The position numbers and the translations under genes were made by a program. 53,328 nucleotides of DNA, taken from an uncultured Gammaproteobacteria bacterium (GTDB taxonomy: Bacteria > Patescibacteriota > Microgenomatia > Levybacterales > UBA12049). The notes below the pieces were generated by a model. It was given only the letters and a program-made list of their open reading frames with translations, was not told the origin of the DNA and made no database searches. This document shows, one piece after another, positions 10,721-21,891 of the stretch. Each line of letters starts with the position of its first letter. Position 1 is the stretch's first letter. The DNA lies in contig OZ246394.1 in the NCBI GenBank assembly GCA_965230895.1, positions 778,627-831,954 of the forward strand. The letters are read 5' to 3'.

Positions 10721-10768
10721 TCCTAGATTGTAACAATTTTTGAATCTCTTGCATACTCATAAGCCCCC

Positions 10769-11041
10769 ATGTTAGTATTAGATACATCTATGGAAGCTGC
10801 ATGGCAGAATGCCTTAATTTATATTCTCTATATCTGGTCATTAATTTGGAAAGGGATAGCACTTTGGCGCGCAGCTCATTATAAACAAAGAAACTGGTTC
10901 GTTGTAATTTTAGTAGTCAATACAATTGGTCTTTTGGAGATTCTATATCTCCTGCGCTTTTCAAAGAAAAAGCTTACAATAGAAGAAATGAAAGGCTGGA
11001 GAAACAACTTCGTAAAACGGGTACCTGAATCTGATAAATAA
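10769..11041 (+). CDS. Small 2-TM membrane protein (DUF5652-like)
   Basis: WKGIALWRAAHYKQRNWFVVILVVNTIGLLEILYL pattern. It is the only plus-strand gene inside the glycan array. The start may be MEAAW at 10790. Confidence 0.5.
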   Translation: MLVLDTSMEAAWQNALIYILYIWSLIWKGIALWRAAHYKQRNWFVVILVVNTIGLLEILYLLRFSKKKLTIEEMKGWRNNFVKRVPESDK

Positions 11042-11806
11042 CTATCTTAGATCTTTCTGTTGCATTTCCCAAAGTCGAGCATATGTAATGAACATACTAT
11101 ATGACTGAAAAATACTTTCAATCAATCCTGCTGTACCGAGCTTATATCCTTTCTGCTTCACAAATGAATCATAAAATGCAGTTGTCATAACTCGAAAAAA
11201 TCTCCACCAACTCATTTTAGGATGCGCAGCTTTATATCGTAACTCCGCTTCAATTTTTGACCAATGGATTGTTTTATTAAGCATGCTTGTAAGATCCTGA
11301 TGTGTATAGTGTTTAATAACTCCTTGCTCTATATCACCAATTGGACCATCCACACGAGGTGATTCATGAACGTCTCCATACCATTCAAGTAACTTTGCTT
11401 TTTTAAAAAGTCTCTCTAGCTTTTCGAAATTAGGCCAAGGATTATTACCCAGATAATAGTTCTGTCTCAGCAAACGATATGCGGAATTGAGGTCTCTTTT
11501 ACTCTCTACTATTTCTTTAATAGATTCAATAAGCTCTGCAGATAAGCGTTCATCTACATCCAGATAAAGCACCCATTTCCCTTTTGCCTTTTTAAGACCA
11601 AGATTTCTTTTTTTTGCAAAACTTTCCGAGACATACGGGTAAACGGATGCACCCATATGCTTCGCAATTTCCGGAGTACGATCTGACGAATTATCATCGA
11701 TAACAAGGATTTCGTCACAGAACGAGACTGAATCAATACAGTCTGCGATCAGGTTTTCTGCGTTCTTGGCTAATATTACTGCTGATATCTTCATATTCTT
11801 AGTCAT
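11042..11806 (-). CDS. GT2 glycosyltransferase (WaaE/KdtX-like)
   Basis: ISAVILAKNAE..VIDDNSSDRT..YLDVDE..IKHYTHQDLTSMLNKT. Confidence 0.75.
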   Translation of the reverse strand: MTKNMKISAVILAKNAENLIADCIDSVSFCDEILVIDDNSSDRTPEIAKHMGASVYPYVSESFAKKRNLGLKKAKGKWVLYLDVDERLSAELIESIKEIVESKRDLNSAYRLLRQNYYLGNNPWPNFEKLERLFKKAKLLEWYGDVHESPRVDGPIGDIEQGVIKHYTHQDLTSMLNKTIHWSKIEAELRYKAAHPKMSWWRFFRVMTTAFYDSFVKQKGYKLGTAGLIESIFQSYSMFITYARLWEMQQKDLR

Positions 11807-11813
11807 CTTTATA

Positions 11814-12728
11814 TCATATTTTGAGTTTTCTTTTTGTCTTTAAAATATTCTTTTTTAAAGGACTCGACTCTTCTTCAATTTTTTTATTATAAAGCCAATA
11901 TTGTATCTCCTTTTGCGATTTATAAATATTCTCGAGCCCGTCTGTGACTTCCTTTTCATCGACTTGCGTAAATCCTTCTTTCTCCCAAATTTTTAGATAG
12001 ATTGTAAATTCATAAAATGCCATAAGCACGGAGAGTACTAATCCATGAAGACCATCTTTATATCCTTTTCGAGCAAAAAACCTACTGAGGAATTCTTGAA
12101 ACGGTGCAGAAAAAAGCTTGTGCCAAGAAAAAGAGACTTTTGCAGCTATTCTTTCATTTGCAGTTACAGTTGTGTAGTTATCCAGCTTTTGTAAAAATTG
12201 TGATATCGACTCGTAATTATCATGAGTAATTGCATACTCCTCCTGAGGTCCAAGATCGAGTATTGGACCATTTATTTTAGGCTGGCTATGTATTTCGTCT
12301 GACCAGATGACAGAGCCCTTTTTGAAGAAACGCATATTGTAGTCTGGCCACCAGCCAGTATGCATTATCCACTTCTTAAATATAAAATTCTTTCTCGGGA
12401 TGCGGATACATGTCGCTAATGTCCCGCTTTCAACATGTGATTGTAGTTTTGCCGCAAGTGTCTCAGGTATTTGCTCATCTGCATCAAGAATTAGCACCCA
12501 ATCATTTGAAGCTTTTTGTATTGCAAAATTACGACTTGGCTCTACAAATCCTTGGCTCTTGTGAGGATAAATTTTGTCAGTAAATTTTTTAGCAATTGCG
12601 ACAGTATTATCTGTTGAGCCATCGTCTACAACAACAACTTCGTTAGCCCATGCGACTGATTCTAATGTTTTTTTAATTGTCTTTTCGCCATTAAGAACAG
12701 TAATGACAACCGATATTTTATTTTTCAT
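11814..12728 (-). CDS. GT2 glycosyltransferase (WaaE/KdtX-like), tandem paralog
   Basis: ISVVITVLNGE..VVDDGSTDNT..ILDADE..ITHDNYESISQFLQKLDNYT. Confidence 0.75.
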   Translation of the reverse strand: MKNKISVVITVLNGEKTIKKTLESVAWANEVVVVDDGSTDNTVAIAKKFTDKIYPHKSQGFVEPSRNFAIQKASNDWVLILDADEQIPETLAAKLQSHVESGTLATCIRIPRKNFIFKKWIMHTGWWPDYNMRFFKKGSVIWSDEIHSQPKINGPILDLGPQEEYAITHDNYESISQFLQKLDNYTTVTANERIAAKVSFSWHKLFSAPFQEFLSRFFARKGYKDGLHGLVLSVLMAFYEFTIYLKIWEKEGFTQVDEKEVTDGLENIYKSQKEIQYWLYNKKIEEESSPLKKNILKTKRKLKI

Positions 12729-14167
12729 TTCTTTAATAGAAATCTTTTAATTTCAAAAAGCTCTTTCTTCGCTACGAGATAAAAGCTTGCAGTATAGCTA
12801 ATTGCACCAAGGAAGATTACTACGCCAAGGGTAATAAAGTCTGTAACAAACCATTTAGCTGCTCCAAAAACAATTATACCCATTACAACAGAGCAAAGGA
12901 ATGGTTTGTAGACATTTTTAATAAATTCAAATGTAATTTTTCTTTTGACGAGATAGACGGTATAAAGAATTGTAAGCGAGATAAGAAAAGACGCAGCTGC
13001 AACACCATTGTATCCATATGAGTATATGAGAAGCGGTGTCAGTATCCAAGTTCCGATTGTCCATATAACCATTAACGATAATGTCGTTTTAACTCTTCCA
13101 GTTGCATCAAGAACGTTTATTAATATTCCAGACAGTGAAGATATAGCGGCGTTAAGACAGAAAAATACCAAACTTATAATTGCTGGTTCCCATTTATGCC
13201 ATTGAGGAATGAATTTAATGAAGTAAGGCCCTGTAACAATAATACCGATAAGAACTGGAAACATAAGGCTTGATACAAAAAATAATGATTTTTCAATTGC
13301 TTTTTTCATAACTTCTGTATTCTCTTGAATACGTGAATATGTTGAAAATGTAACTTTGGTGACACTATCGACAATATATCTATAGGCGAGAAAAGCAATT
13401 CTCTGGGCAAATCCGATGTACCCTATTTCAGTGAAAGAGAGAAATTTGGTTAAAATAACAGTAAGTAGATCATCTTTAACTGTTGCAAGAATATTCTTTG
13501 CCTGGAATTGTGCGCCAAACTTCAGATGGCTGAGCGACTCTCTATTTATTCCTAAACCAATCTTCCATGGCGATATGTAGTAATATAATGGCACTGTTGC
13601 AATACTTGAAGCTAAGAATGCATATGTATAACTTTCAAGGCGGTAACCTTGAAGTATTAGAACTATTAAGAGGACATTGAAAATAAGTGATTCTGCAATT
13701 TGAGGAATTACTAACTTTTGGAATTGAATCTTTCTCTCCAAAAGAATCGATGGGATAGTTTTAAATGATGAAATAAATATCGTTGCAACTAATGCTACTA
13801 GAAGACCTTCACCTGCTTCTCCAAGTTTAAAGTATGTACTTATATAATCTTTAAAAGCAAAAACAATTAAGAATATTAAAAATGTAATACTAGCTTGCAA
13901 TGTAAAACTTGTTTTTAAATCTTCTTGTGTCAATGCTTCCTTCTTTTGGACTAATGCAGCACCCAAACCAAAATCAGTAAAGAAACTAATAATTCGTTGG
14001 ATAGCTATAACTGCGACATAAATACCAACATCTGCTGGAACAAGGATACTTAATATAATTAACGAAGCTGCCGTTTGAATTATCTGAAGAATAAATGTAC
14101 GAGAAACTAGAGCGATAATTGAACGCATTGATGCCCGCCCAAGTTGTTTAAGATTAAGCTCTTCCAT
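12725..14167 (-). CDS. Wzx-like polysaccharide flippase
   Basis: Polytopic, with SRTFILQIIQTAASLIILSIL..DVGIY..GLGAALVQKK typical of the O-unit flippase family. Start chosen at MEELNLKQ (ATG 14167-14165) rather than the track's upstream ATG. Confidence 0.7.
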   Translation of the reverse strand: MEELNLKQLGRASMRSIIALVSRTFILQIIQTAASLIILSILVPADVGIYVAVIAIQRIISFFTDFGLGAALVQKKEALTQEDLKTSFTLQASITFLIFLIVFAFKDYISTYFKLGEAGEGLLVALVATIFISSFKTIPSILLERKIQFQKLVIPQIAESLIFNVLLIVLILQGYRLESYTYAFLASSIATVPLYYYISPWKIGLGINRESLSHLKFGAQFQAKNILATVKDDLLTVILTKFLSFTEIGYIGFAQRIAFLAYRYIVDSVTKVTFSTYSRIQENTEVMKKAIEKSLFFVSSLMFPVLIGIIVTGPYFIKFIPQWHKWEPAIISLVFFCLNAAISSLSGILINVLDATGRVKTTLSLMVIWTIGTWILTPLLIYSYGYNGVAAASFLISLTILYTVYLVKRKITFEFIKNVYKPFLCSVVMGIIVFGAAKWFVTDFITLGVVIFLGAISYTASFYLVAKKELFEIKRFLLKK

Positions 14168-14885
14168 ATCGAAGATCGTACCATAAAGAAAAACTTTCAA
14201 TAATCGCCCGGATGATAACACGTACATTGCCACCACTTTGGTCTCCATGTTTTCTTGGATAATGGGTTACTTTAACTTGGGCAATCTTCAAATTATATTT
14301 TTTTGCTTTTGCTAATATTTCTGTCGTTAACATAGCCCCTTCTGATTTCAGCGGTGAGATGGCATCTACCGCTTCTTTCTTAAATAGTTTAAACCCGCAA
14401 TCAATATCTCTGAAATAAAACCTAAAGAAAATAAAATCCCAAACCTTTAATAAGTTCATAAGTATATGTCGAAACGGATGATCAATTCTTTTATCTCGGT
14501 AACCAATAACAATATCATTGTCGCTAATCTTATCAATAAACTTATCTACTTCAGAAAAATCAAATTGGCCATCACCATCGTTAAAAACGATATATTTATA
14601 TTTAGAATTTTTGAACCCCTCACGAAGAGCGGCACCATATCCCCTATTTGGCTGATGAGAAACAACGCGTAATCTCTTATCCTTCGCTGCTAACTTCTTA
14701 GCATACTGAAGAGTTTTATCTGTTGATCCATCATCTACCATGATTATCTCCCATTTATCTGCAACAGCGTCTGCAACGGTACTTGCATTTTTAACTACTC
14801 GATTGATATTTAATTCTTCATTCCAAAATGGGAAAAATATTGATAGTGAAGGCAATTTACTTCTTTTTTGTTTTTCCTTTTTCAT
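14154..14885 (-). CDS. GT2 polyprenyl-phosphate glycosyltransferase (ArnC/DPM1-like)
   Basis: LSIFFPFWNEE..MVDDGSTDKT..NRGYGAALREG..VFNDGDGQFD. Start chosen at MKKEKQ (14885). Confidence 0.75.
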   Translation of the reverse strand: MKKEKQKRSKLPSLSIFFPFWNEELNINRVVKNASTVADAVADKWEIIMVDDGSTDKTLQYAKKLAAKDKRLRVVSHQPNRGYGAALREGFKNSKYKYIVFNDGDGQFDFSEVDKFIDKISDNDIVIGYRDKRIDHPFRHILMNLLKVWDFIFFRFYFRDIDCGFKLFKKEAVDAISPLKSEGAMLTTEILAKAKKYNLKIAQVKVTHYPRKHGDQSGGNVRVIIRAIIESFSLWYDLRYGRA

Positions 14886-16593
14886 CCTTGCGCTTGGCCT
14901 TTCCACTTGAGATTATACCAGCTACAAGTACCAGAACTCCAGTAAGAGTTGCTGCGTTTGCGGTCTTTTCTATCGGTGTCTCAATAAAATCTGCATCAAT
15001 TGTATGTTCGCCCTTTGGTACGGTTACTTGTAGTCCTGTCGATGTATTTTTAAACGGAATAACTTTATTATCTACTTTGATTTGCCAGGCTGGGAAATAA
15101 GCAATATTTAATCGAACGTTCTCTTCCTTCTTCATAGATACCTTTGCACTGATATGCTGAGATGTTGATTGAAGAGAGGTAACTTTCCCCAAATCAGTAT
15201 TAACTTCAATTTTATTCTTAGGAAATTGCTCTTTAGTTTGGGGCTTTTGAAAACCTGCTGGCATGTATTCATCAGATATCTTTGCCGTCTCCCATTGAAG
15301 AAAAGAAGTTTCAGTATAGTGTTGTGATGATTTCTGAATGGAGGAAGAAGGTTTAAAGACATCAACGTTTACATAAATAATTGCCACAATAAGAACCATG
15401 CAAATAGCTATCCTTTTTTTGCCAGAGAGAAGTAATACTGTTGCACCACCAATGAAAGAAGCAAAAAAGCTCACAAGAAGAAGGAACCTCCAAGGGAATT
15501 GGAAAAACGACATCAATGAAATCGTATCCCAAATAAATTTAGAATATTCAAGGGTAAGAAAAATTGTGATGAAAAAGCCAATGAACCCAACGAGAATTGA
15601 GTTGAAAACTCTTTTATTTTTTCTAAACAAAAAGAGAGGAATCAGTGATAATAGTGCAAGAGCAATATGCACTTTACCAATTTTGAAAGACATACCATCA
15701 ATGCATCCAGGCACAGAGCCACCATATGCCCATGGGCTATTCAAAAGTTGAGAAAAACATACAAAATGATCTGAGTAATCAGAACCTCCTCCAATGACAG
15801 ATAATACATTTGTGTACTGCATTTCAAAAGGAACAGGCAACCAATAAAAAGCGGAAAGAAGTAACCCTAACAGTATACTGAAAATAAGATAAGACCCCCC
15901 CACAAATTTCCTCTGCGTACGAATGATGAGTATTAAAATGAACAGTATCACAAACGGCGTCACCATCATTGCTGTCAAATTATGAGAAAGTACTATGCAA
16001 CCATATGCAATTGCAGATATACAAACCCACATCCAACGGGTTCTCTTTAGAGCCATTTTTGTATCTGTGTCTTTTTCTTGAGAAGATAATGTATTATTTT
16101 GAAAAAGTTTATAGAGTCCTAAAAAGATGAGGGGAACAAACGCATACGCCCACAGCTCTGCAATAGCACCTCGAACATAGATATTTAAAGCATGATATGG
16201 TGCATAAATATAAAGAACGCCAGAAACGAGCGCTCCAAGCTTCCCCCAAAATTCTCGAGCGAGCAAATACATAAAAACCCCTGCAAGGATTGTTCCCAAT
16301 CCAATCATAACTTTGGTAGCAATTAAACTATCAAACCCTACAACGTTAATCAGTCCCCCCACATAATAAGCAAAAGGCGCGTAGAAATTGAATATTGGAT
16401 ATCCATAACCATATCCTAAATTCTCGACCCAACGTACGGGGAATACTCCATCCGAAAGTGCGTTTTTCATTTCAGAGACTCGTGCAACTTGCGTATCATC
16501 ATGCATTGGGTAAAAGCCTGATGAGAATAAAGGTAAAACTGCAGGGATGCTAAGAACTAGCAAAAGAATCAATAAAAGCGTATTCTTTTTCAT
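14857..16593 (-). CDS. Large polytopic membrane protein, GT-C-like (COG5617/YfhO-style)
   Basis: N-terminal loop YPMHDDTQVARVSEM..GYGYGYPIFNFYAP, more than 10 TM helices, C-terminal extracytoplasmic beta-rich domain. Confidence 0.55.
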   Translation of the reverse strand: MKKNTLLLILLLVLSIPAVLPLFSSGFYPMHDDTQVARVSEMKNALSDGVFPVRWVENLGYGYGYPIFNFYAPFAYYVGGLINVVGFDSLIATKVMIGLGTILAGVFMYLLAREFWGKLGALVSGVLYIYAPYHALNIYVRGAIAELWAYAFVPLIFLGLYKLFQNNTLSSQEKDTDTKMALKRTRWMWVCISAIAYGCIVLSHNLTAMMVTPFVILFILILIIRTQRKFVGGSYLIFSILLGLLLSAFYWLPVPFEMQYTNVLSVIGGGSDYSDHFVCFSQLLNSPWAYGGSVPGCIDGMSFKIGKVHIALALLSLIPLFLFRKNKRVFNSILVGFIGFFITIFLTLEYSKFIWDTISLMSFFQFPWRFLLLVSFFASFIGGATVLLLSGKKRIAICMVLIVAIIYVNVDVFKPSSSIQKSSQHYTETSFLQWETAKISDEYMPAGFQKPQTKEQFPKNKIEVNTDLGKVTSLQSTSQHISAKVSMKKEENVRLNIAYFPAWQIKVDNKVIPFKNTSTGLQVTVPKGEHTIDADFIETPIEKTANAATLTGVLVLVAGIISSGKAKRKDEKGKTKKK

Positions 16594-16594
16594 G

Positions 16595-18115
16595 TTATTG
16601 CTGCTGTAATTCGTAGAGGGTATAGAACGAATCTTTATCTTCCTTTTGGACTTGTATTACCTTTTTGAGAGGCCATGTCTTTGGGGCAAGCCCTATGCCT
16701 TCACAAGAGCCGCACGGTTGATAAAATACAACATACGTTGGCATGGTTTTACTGACATCTAATAATTCCTGAGGAGGTGTGCTATCTAATGGCCAATACC
16801 CCTGAACTTTAATATTTGGATTATCTTTTAGATATACTTCCAAAGCATATGGCATTAAGCCAAAGGTCCCTTGTGTTGCAACATAGATCTTTTCTGTTTT
16901 TGCTTTTTCTTCAAGGAATTTTACAGTCTCTTTTACACCATATCCAGATGGCCAATCAGTTACAAACTGCTCTCTATCACCTTGCGGAATTGCTGCTTTA
17001 GGGAAATTGGTCATGATATGGAAATCAGTGACAACCCACATACCGATAAAGACAACTGCAATAAGTACCTTTAACCAACCAGTCTTCACATATGTTATTA
17101 ATGTGTATAGTGAAAATGCTCCAAGCAGAAGTAATGGCATGGTCATAAAAAGAATAAACCGTGGATAAATAACTTTTCCAAAAAAAGCTAAAGCCATAAA
17201 TGGCACAATAAACCAAACGAGAAGAAGGAGCTTTTCTTTTGTAAATTTACGCGTGACAAAGAATGAGGAAATTGCCAAGATGAAAAAAGGAATTGTCATG
17301 TAACCCAGAAGCCAGCCACCAAGTCCGTTCAAGTTCCCAAACACATATGCAAATGGACTTTGGAACCATTCGCTAAAGGAGTAAATAAATGTTAAGTTTT
17401 TCTCACCAATAATATGATAAAACGGAGAAAGTCGTAGGATAGAATAAATTGCCTGTGCAAGAATAAAAGCGACGATAGCAAAACCGAACCATTTAAAGAG
17501 CTTTTTACGGTCGAACTTTTCCTTGAATGGAAAAAGTAAGAGTGAAAAAGGGAGCAAAATAAATCCAAAGTTAGCACTTGTTTTGGTGAGCATTCCTCCT
17601 CCGACAATCATTCCAAGAAGCAAAGCCAAATCTAAACGGACATATCTCGCGAGTAAAACTGAGAAGTACAGTGACCATATAATAAACATAGCCACCATAG
17701 AATCATACAACGCCATTCTGTCGTAAACGAGCGAAAACGGATAAAGGACATAGAGGATACTTGCGGTAATCCCAATAAACTTATTTTTGAATAATTCTCG
17801 ACCAAGAAGAAATATTCCTATCATCGAAGCAAACCCTGCAAAGACTGAAACGAGTCTACCAGCGACGACAGGATCTTTTACAAATTCAATAAGGATCATT
17901 GCCGCCCAAATAAATGAAGGCTGCTTGCCATCAGTTAATGAGATAAATCTCCATGTTGCATCAGCATTGGCAATCTGCGCCCAGCGAATATAAATTGCTT
18001 CGTCTGTAAAAATAGGGAGAGCATTAAGATGATAGAGACGGGTAAAAAAATACAAACCAGCCAGTAAAACAAAGAATGCACTGAGATAGAGATGTTTTCT
18101 TATATAACGCATCAT
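16595..18115 (-). CDS. GT-C fold membrane glycosyltransferase (ArnT-like)
   Basis: FTDEAIYIRWAQ first-loop motif, polytopic, C-terminal soluble domain. Confidence 0.7.
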   Translation of the reverse strand: MMRYIRKHLYLSAFFVLLAGLYFFTRLYHLNALPIFTDEAIYIRWAQIANADATWRFISLTDGKQPSFIWAAMILIEFVKDPVVAGRLVSVFAGFASMIGIFLLGRELFKNKFIGITASILYVLYPFSLVYDRMALYDSMVAMFIIWSLYFSVLLARYVRLDLALLLGMIVGGGMLTKTSANFGFILLPFSLLLFPFKEKFDRKKLFKWFGFAIVAFILAQAIYSILRLSPFYHIIGEKNLTFIYSFSEWFQSPFAYVFGNLNGLGGWLLGYMTIPFFILAISSFFVTRKFTKEKLLLLVWFIVPFMALAFFGKVIYPRFILFMTMPLLLLGAFSLYTLITYVKTGWLKVLIAVVFIGMWVVTDFHIMTNFPKAAIPQGDREQFVTDWPSGYGVKETVKFLEEKAKTEKIYVATQGTFGLMPYALEVYLKDNPNIKVQGYWPLDSTPPQELLDVSKTMPTYVVFYQPCGSCEGIGLAPKTWPLKKVIQVQKEDKDSFYTLYELQQQ

Positions 18116-18132
18116 GATTATTATACTTAAAA

Positions 18133-19602
18133 CTATGCCTTTTCAGCAATTAGGTGATTGAGCTTCAATTTCTTAAGAATAGTACTAATATAATCTTCTT
18201 TGTATGTGTATAAAAGATACAATTTTATTGATGGAATAAAAATAAAGATATATGTAATGATGGGCCAAATGATTGATGGTGTATTAATACGATAAATAAC
18301 CCACAGTAAAGGATAAGCGAATAACGAAGTAAAAGTTAGAAGCATAGTTGCCAAAGAAAGCTTTTTATCAGATATGAACGGTATAAGCGGCAAGATCCAA
18401 AGAACATACCAATTCCAATAAGCGGCACTTACAAATAAAAGATAAACAAAAAGCACAAATGCATACGCATGCATTGGATCGATTTTCTTTTTCCAGACGT
18501 ACCAAACAAAAAGTATAACCCACAACAAAAATATCACAAATATATACTGAACAAGTTGTGGTTGGAGTTGCATTATAACTGTCGGAAGAGATTGCCAATA
18601 AACTCCACCGTTATATGCGACTCGTTGAAGGAACTCGAAGATATTAACTTGCATAAGCACAAAGAAGAGAACATTCATAATAATGAAACTACCCGCAAAG
18701 AGTACTGATCCAGCATAATTTCTTTGTCTGAAAAGAGATAATAAGAAAAAGAATAATAAGACAATAGGAATAAGTTTTATTTGGACAGCTAATGATAAAA
18801 CAATGCCTGATAATATCCAGACCTTTTGACGGAATAATAAAAAGCTCAATAAGGTAAAGAAGATCATCATACTATCGTTATGGCCCGAACCAAATATTTC
18901 GAGTACAAAGAGAGGATTCCAAAAGACAAAAATCAGTCCCCAATTAATAGAATGTCGTTTATCTTTTCTGAGCAAAAGGTATAAAACATAAAAAATTCCA
19001 ATAGCAAATATTGCAGGTACTATTTTATAAAGAATAACAAGTGTCGCCAGATCGTTTTGTCCTACATATGATGGAATGATGTACAGAAGAAAATGCATAC
19101 CACCATAGACACTCGTGGTATCTTTCCAATCTGCCAGTACTCCAAATTGATCATCAGGGAAAGCTGCGGGTTTTGTATGCCATATATTCTCATTATGTAC
19201 AGTCGCTACACGCTCCGAGAAGATATATGAAAATATATCTGTAGAAAGAATGGGAAAGGAAACAAACGTTATTACTTGAAATATCGCAGCAAAAAGAATT
19301 ACCTGTTTTAGCGTAAACTTGGTTCTTAGAGCTACTATATAAAGTATAATTGCGACTGTAGAAACTACAGCAAATAGAATAGTAGGGATAGAATTTAGAC
19401 CATATCCAGCAAGTAATGTTTGTGTTGCGAACAATGGTTCTTTAAGTTCAGGATATAAATTACCTATTCCGATAATCGCACGGGGGTCACGGAATAATAA
19501 TATCCATGACAATAATGTATACACAAGAAAACAACAACTTAATAATATACCTATCTTAAATGGTGAGAAAAAACTAGCGTGTCTCATGTTTTTTAAGTAC
19601 AT
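18133..19602 (-). CDS. Polytopic membrane protein, DUF2029/GT87-like putative glycosyltransferase
   Basis: TDIFSYIFSERV..WHTKPAAFPDD motif. Paralogous to 20656-21891 (YDIFNYIFDAKIV). Confidence 0.5.
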   Translation of the reverse strand: MYLKNMRHASFFSPFKIGILLSCCFLVYTLLSWILLFRDPRAIIGIGNLYPELKEPLFATQTLLAGYGLNSIPTILFAVVSTVAIILYIVALRTKFTLKQVILFAAIFQVITFVSFPILSTDIFSYIFSERVATVHNENIWHTKPAAFPDDQFGVLADWKDTTSVYGGMHFLLYIIPSYVGQNDLATLVILYKIVPAIFAIGIFYVLYLLLRKDKRHSINWGLIFVFWNPLFVLEIFGSGHNDSMMIFFTLLSFLLFRQKVWILSGIVLSLAVQIKLIPIVLLFFFLLSLFRQRNYAGSVLFAGSFIIMNVLFFVLMQVNIFEFLQRVAYNGGVYWQSLPTVIMQLQPQLVQYIFVIFLLWVILFVWYVWKKKIDPMHAYAFVLFVYLLFVSAAYWNWYVLWILPLIPFISDKKLSLATMLLTFTSLFAYPLLWVIYRINTPSIIWPIITYIFIFIPSIKLYLLYTYKEDYISTILKKLKLNHLIAEKA

Positions 19603-20659
19603 AAAGAATAAACCAAAAGCTTAGAGCATACGTAAACGGTAACAATAAAAGGAAATATCTCGACCACACAGGAACAAACGAAAGGAATAACGTATACAAA
19701 AGCATCCATATGCTAACTAATACCCATGCACTTTTACGGTACTTTCTCAATATAAAAAATGATGCTAGCAATGCAAGAAGAACTGACAATAGCCACCCAA
19801 TATGCCATTCGCTTACTATAGAGACTTGGCCCCACCAGTTGGCATATTTCCCAGTAAAGAGTATTTCCCAAGGCGCGGTTAATGTTCCTTTTGCCCCACC
19901 TGCATAAAAATCTATAATCCATTTTTGAACGGAGAGAAATTCCATTACTGATTTTCCGTGAAGGAAAAATTGAAAATATGTAAGTACAAAAACAATTCCA
20001 GCAATTGGCAGTGTAATAAGATATTTTCTAAGCGGTATAAACTGCTTTGTAAATAATAGATATAATCCTGACGTTCCGATAACGAGTGGTAACGTAGATG
20101 CTGTAGATTTTGTGGCTGCCATAAGACCTAAGAATATAGCTGAACCAATAAATTTCTTTTTCAAGAAGAAATAGAAAGTCATAAGCAATAATCCAAGATA
20201 CAGTAAATCAAGGAAAGGAGCACGAAGCTGCGTATAAAAGAGAGGTTCGAGAGAAAAGATAAAAACTGGTATTAGTGCAAATAGCTTATTTTTAAATAAA
20301 AGCGTATTTACAAGATAAAAAGAAACGAGCACAAAGATACCTGAAAGCAATGCGAAGATATTTTGATTTTTAAAAAGTAGCTCTGATAATCCAATGAGGT
20401 ACTTCCCAAACGGAGGTAGCTCAGCATTTAATGTCGTAGGATCACGTCCTTGCATATATTCCCATGCTGCATGGGTGTACAGCCCATCATCTCCAATTGG
20501 TTCCTCGGAATCTACTTTAGCCCATTGAGAGTTATTATATTTTTGTTCCCAATATTTAGCATTAAACGGTGTTGTATATTCAGTACGATATTCAAATACT
20601 CGAAAGAGAAAATGCGCAACAACAAGAACAATTAATACTATGAATAACTTATTTTTCAT
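19574..20659 (-). CDS. PMT-like (GT39-type) membrane glycosyltransferase
   Basis: DDGLYTHAAWEY..ELPPFGKYLIGL resembles the PMT loop-1 DE/HPPLGK motif. Confidence 0.6.
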   Translation of the reverse strand: MKNKLFIVLIVLVVAHFLFRVFEYRTEYTTPFNAKYWEQKYNNSQWAKVDSEEPIGDDGLYTHAAWEYMQGRDPTTLNAELPPFGKYLIGLSELLFKNQNIFALLSGIFVLVSFYLVNTLLFKNKLFALIPVFIFSLEPLFYTQLRAPFLDLLYLGLLLMTFYFFLKKKFIGSAIFLGLMAATKSTASTLPLVIGTSGLYLLFTKQFIPLRKYLITLPIAGIVFVLTYFQFFLHGKSVMEFLSVQKWIIDFYAGGAKGTLTAPWEILFTGKYANWWGQVSIVSEWHIGWLLSVLLALLASFFILRKYRKSAWVLVSIWMLLYTLFLSFVPVWSRYFLLLLPFTYALSFWFILYVLKKHETR

Positions 20660-21891
20660 TTTTTCTTTTTCTTCTTTTTAACATTAATTGCAAATAAAAC
20701 TTGTTTATAAAAGAAGTATGCAGTGATGACTAAGAAAGCCGCACTATAACTTAAAAAATTCATATCAGAAATTATTTGAGGTACGGGTTTATCCCAATTC
20801 CCAAGAAACAAAAAAGGTGTGTAATTCATAAGCGCAACAAATGAGACAATAACTACAGGAATTAAGACATAATACCTATATGCTATAAGTGCGGCAAAAG
20901 CAAAGACATCAATAAGATACCATGGTTGAAAGTTACCTCTATATGATTGAGCAATTACTCCACCTATTAAAAGGACTACAGCCATACCAATCAAAAATCC
21001 CCATCGTCTACTGATTCTTTCTGCTTTCATCCTTTGAATAATAACGAAGAGCGGCAAAAGTACTGCAGTCGCGAATTTAATTCCTATGGAAAGTAGTAAT
21101 ACTCCATATGCTTTACCATATTTTTCTCCAACCAACATGTAAAATGCAAACAAGGCAAAAAACATCATAACAATATCAATATGGGCACTCACAACACTTT
21201 CAATAAGAACTAACGGATTTAAACCAAAGAAGATGATTCCCATTACTTCACGATCTGGCGTGACAGCTTTCAATATTTTCCCAATAAAATACACCGAACC
21301 TACAAAACTAGCTACCATGAGTAATTTAAAGAGAATGAATGTCGGCAGGAAAAATTGAAATCCAATAAAAGACAATGGAACTGTTAAAACCAACCAAAAA
21401 GGTCCGTATGGATACTCTCTATGTGTCCATCGCATGAAAGAAAGCATAGGATCTTGAGGATAATCAAGTGCTTTTTGAACATACGGATTGTCTCCATAAT
21501 GAGTAACTATTTTTGCGTCAAAGATGTAATTAAAAATATCATATGAGAAAGCATTATATGAAAAGGTTAAAATAATTGTTGCGGCACCGATGAGTATCCA
21601 CGCAAAGTTTTTCCTTATTTTCCCTTTTGCTGCTAATGTCAAAAATGTAATATAGAAACCAAAAAGGATAACTACAATTGCGATAAAAAGTGCAGCTGAA
21701 AGTGGACGTTCAAAATATCCAATTTGCTGAAATGACCTGACAATTTCCTGAAGCGCAGCATTTCGAGAGAGCGCGAGACTGAGGTCTATCTGAGTAAAAC
21801 TATAAAGAAATAATCCAATTAATGGAATACAAAAGCAGAAAAGCAGGATATAGTCCTTTAAAGATACATTTTGAAAAAGTTTTTTTACCAT
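20656..21891 (-). CDS. Polytopic membrane protein, DUF2029/GT87-like putative glycosyltransferase
   Basis: YDIFNYIFDAKIVTHYGDNPY..YPYGPFW, about 10 TM helices. Confidence 0.5.
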   Translation of the reverse strand: MVKKLFQNVSLKDYILLFCFCIPLIGLFLYSFTQIDLSLALSRNAALQEIVRSFQQIGYFERPLSAALFIAIVVILFGFYITFLTLAAKGKIRKNFAWILIGAATIILTFSYNAFSYDIFNYIFDAKIVTHYGDNPYVQKALDYPQDPMLSFMRWTHREYPYGPFWLVLTVPLSFIGFQFFLPTFILFKLLMVASFVGSVYFIGKILKAVTPDREVMGIIFFGLNPLVLIESVVSAHIDIVMMFFALFAFYMLVGEKYGKAYGVLLLSIGIKFATAVLLPLFVIIQRMKAERISRRWGFLIGMAVVLLIGGVIAQSYRGNFQPWYLIDVFAFAALIAYRYYVLIPVVIVSFVALMNYTPFLFLGNWDKPVPQIISDMNFLSYSAAFLVITAYFFYKQVLFAINVKKKKKKK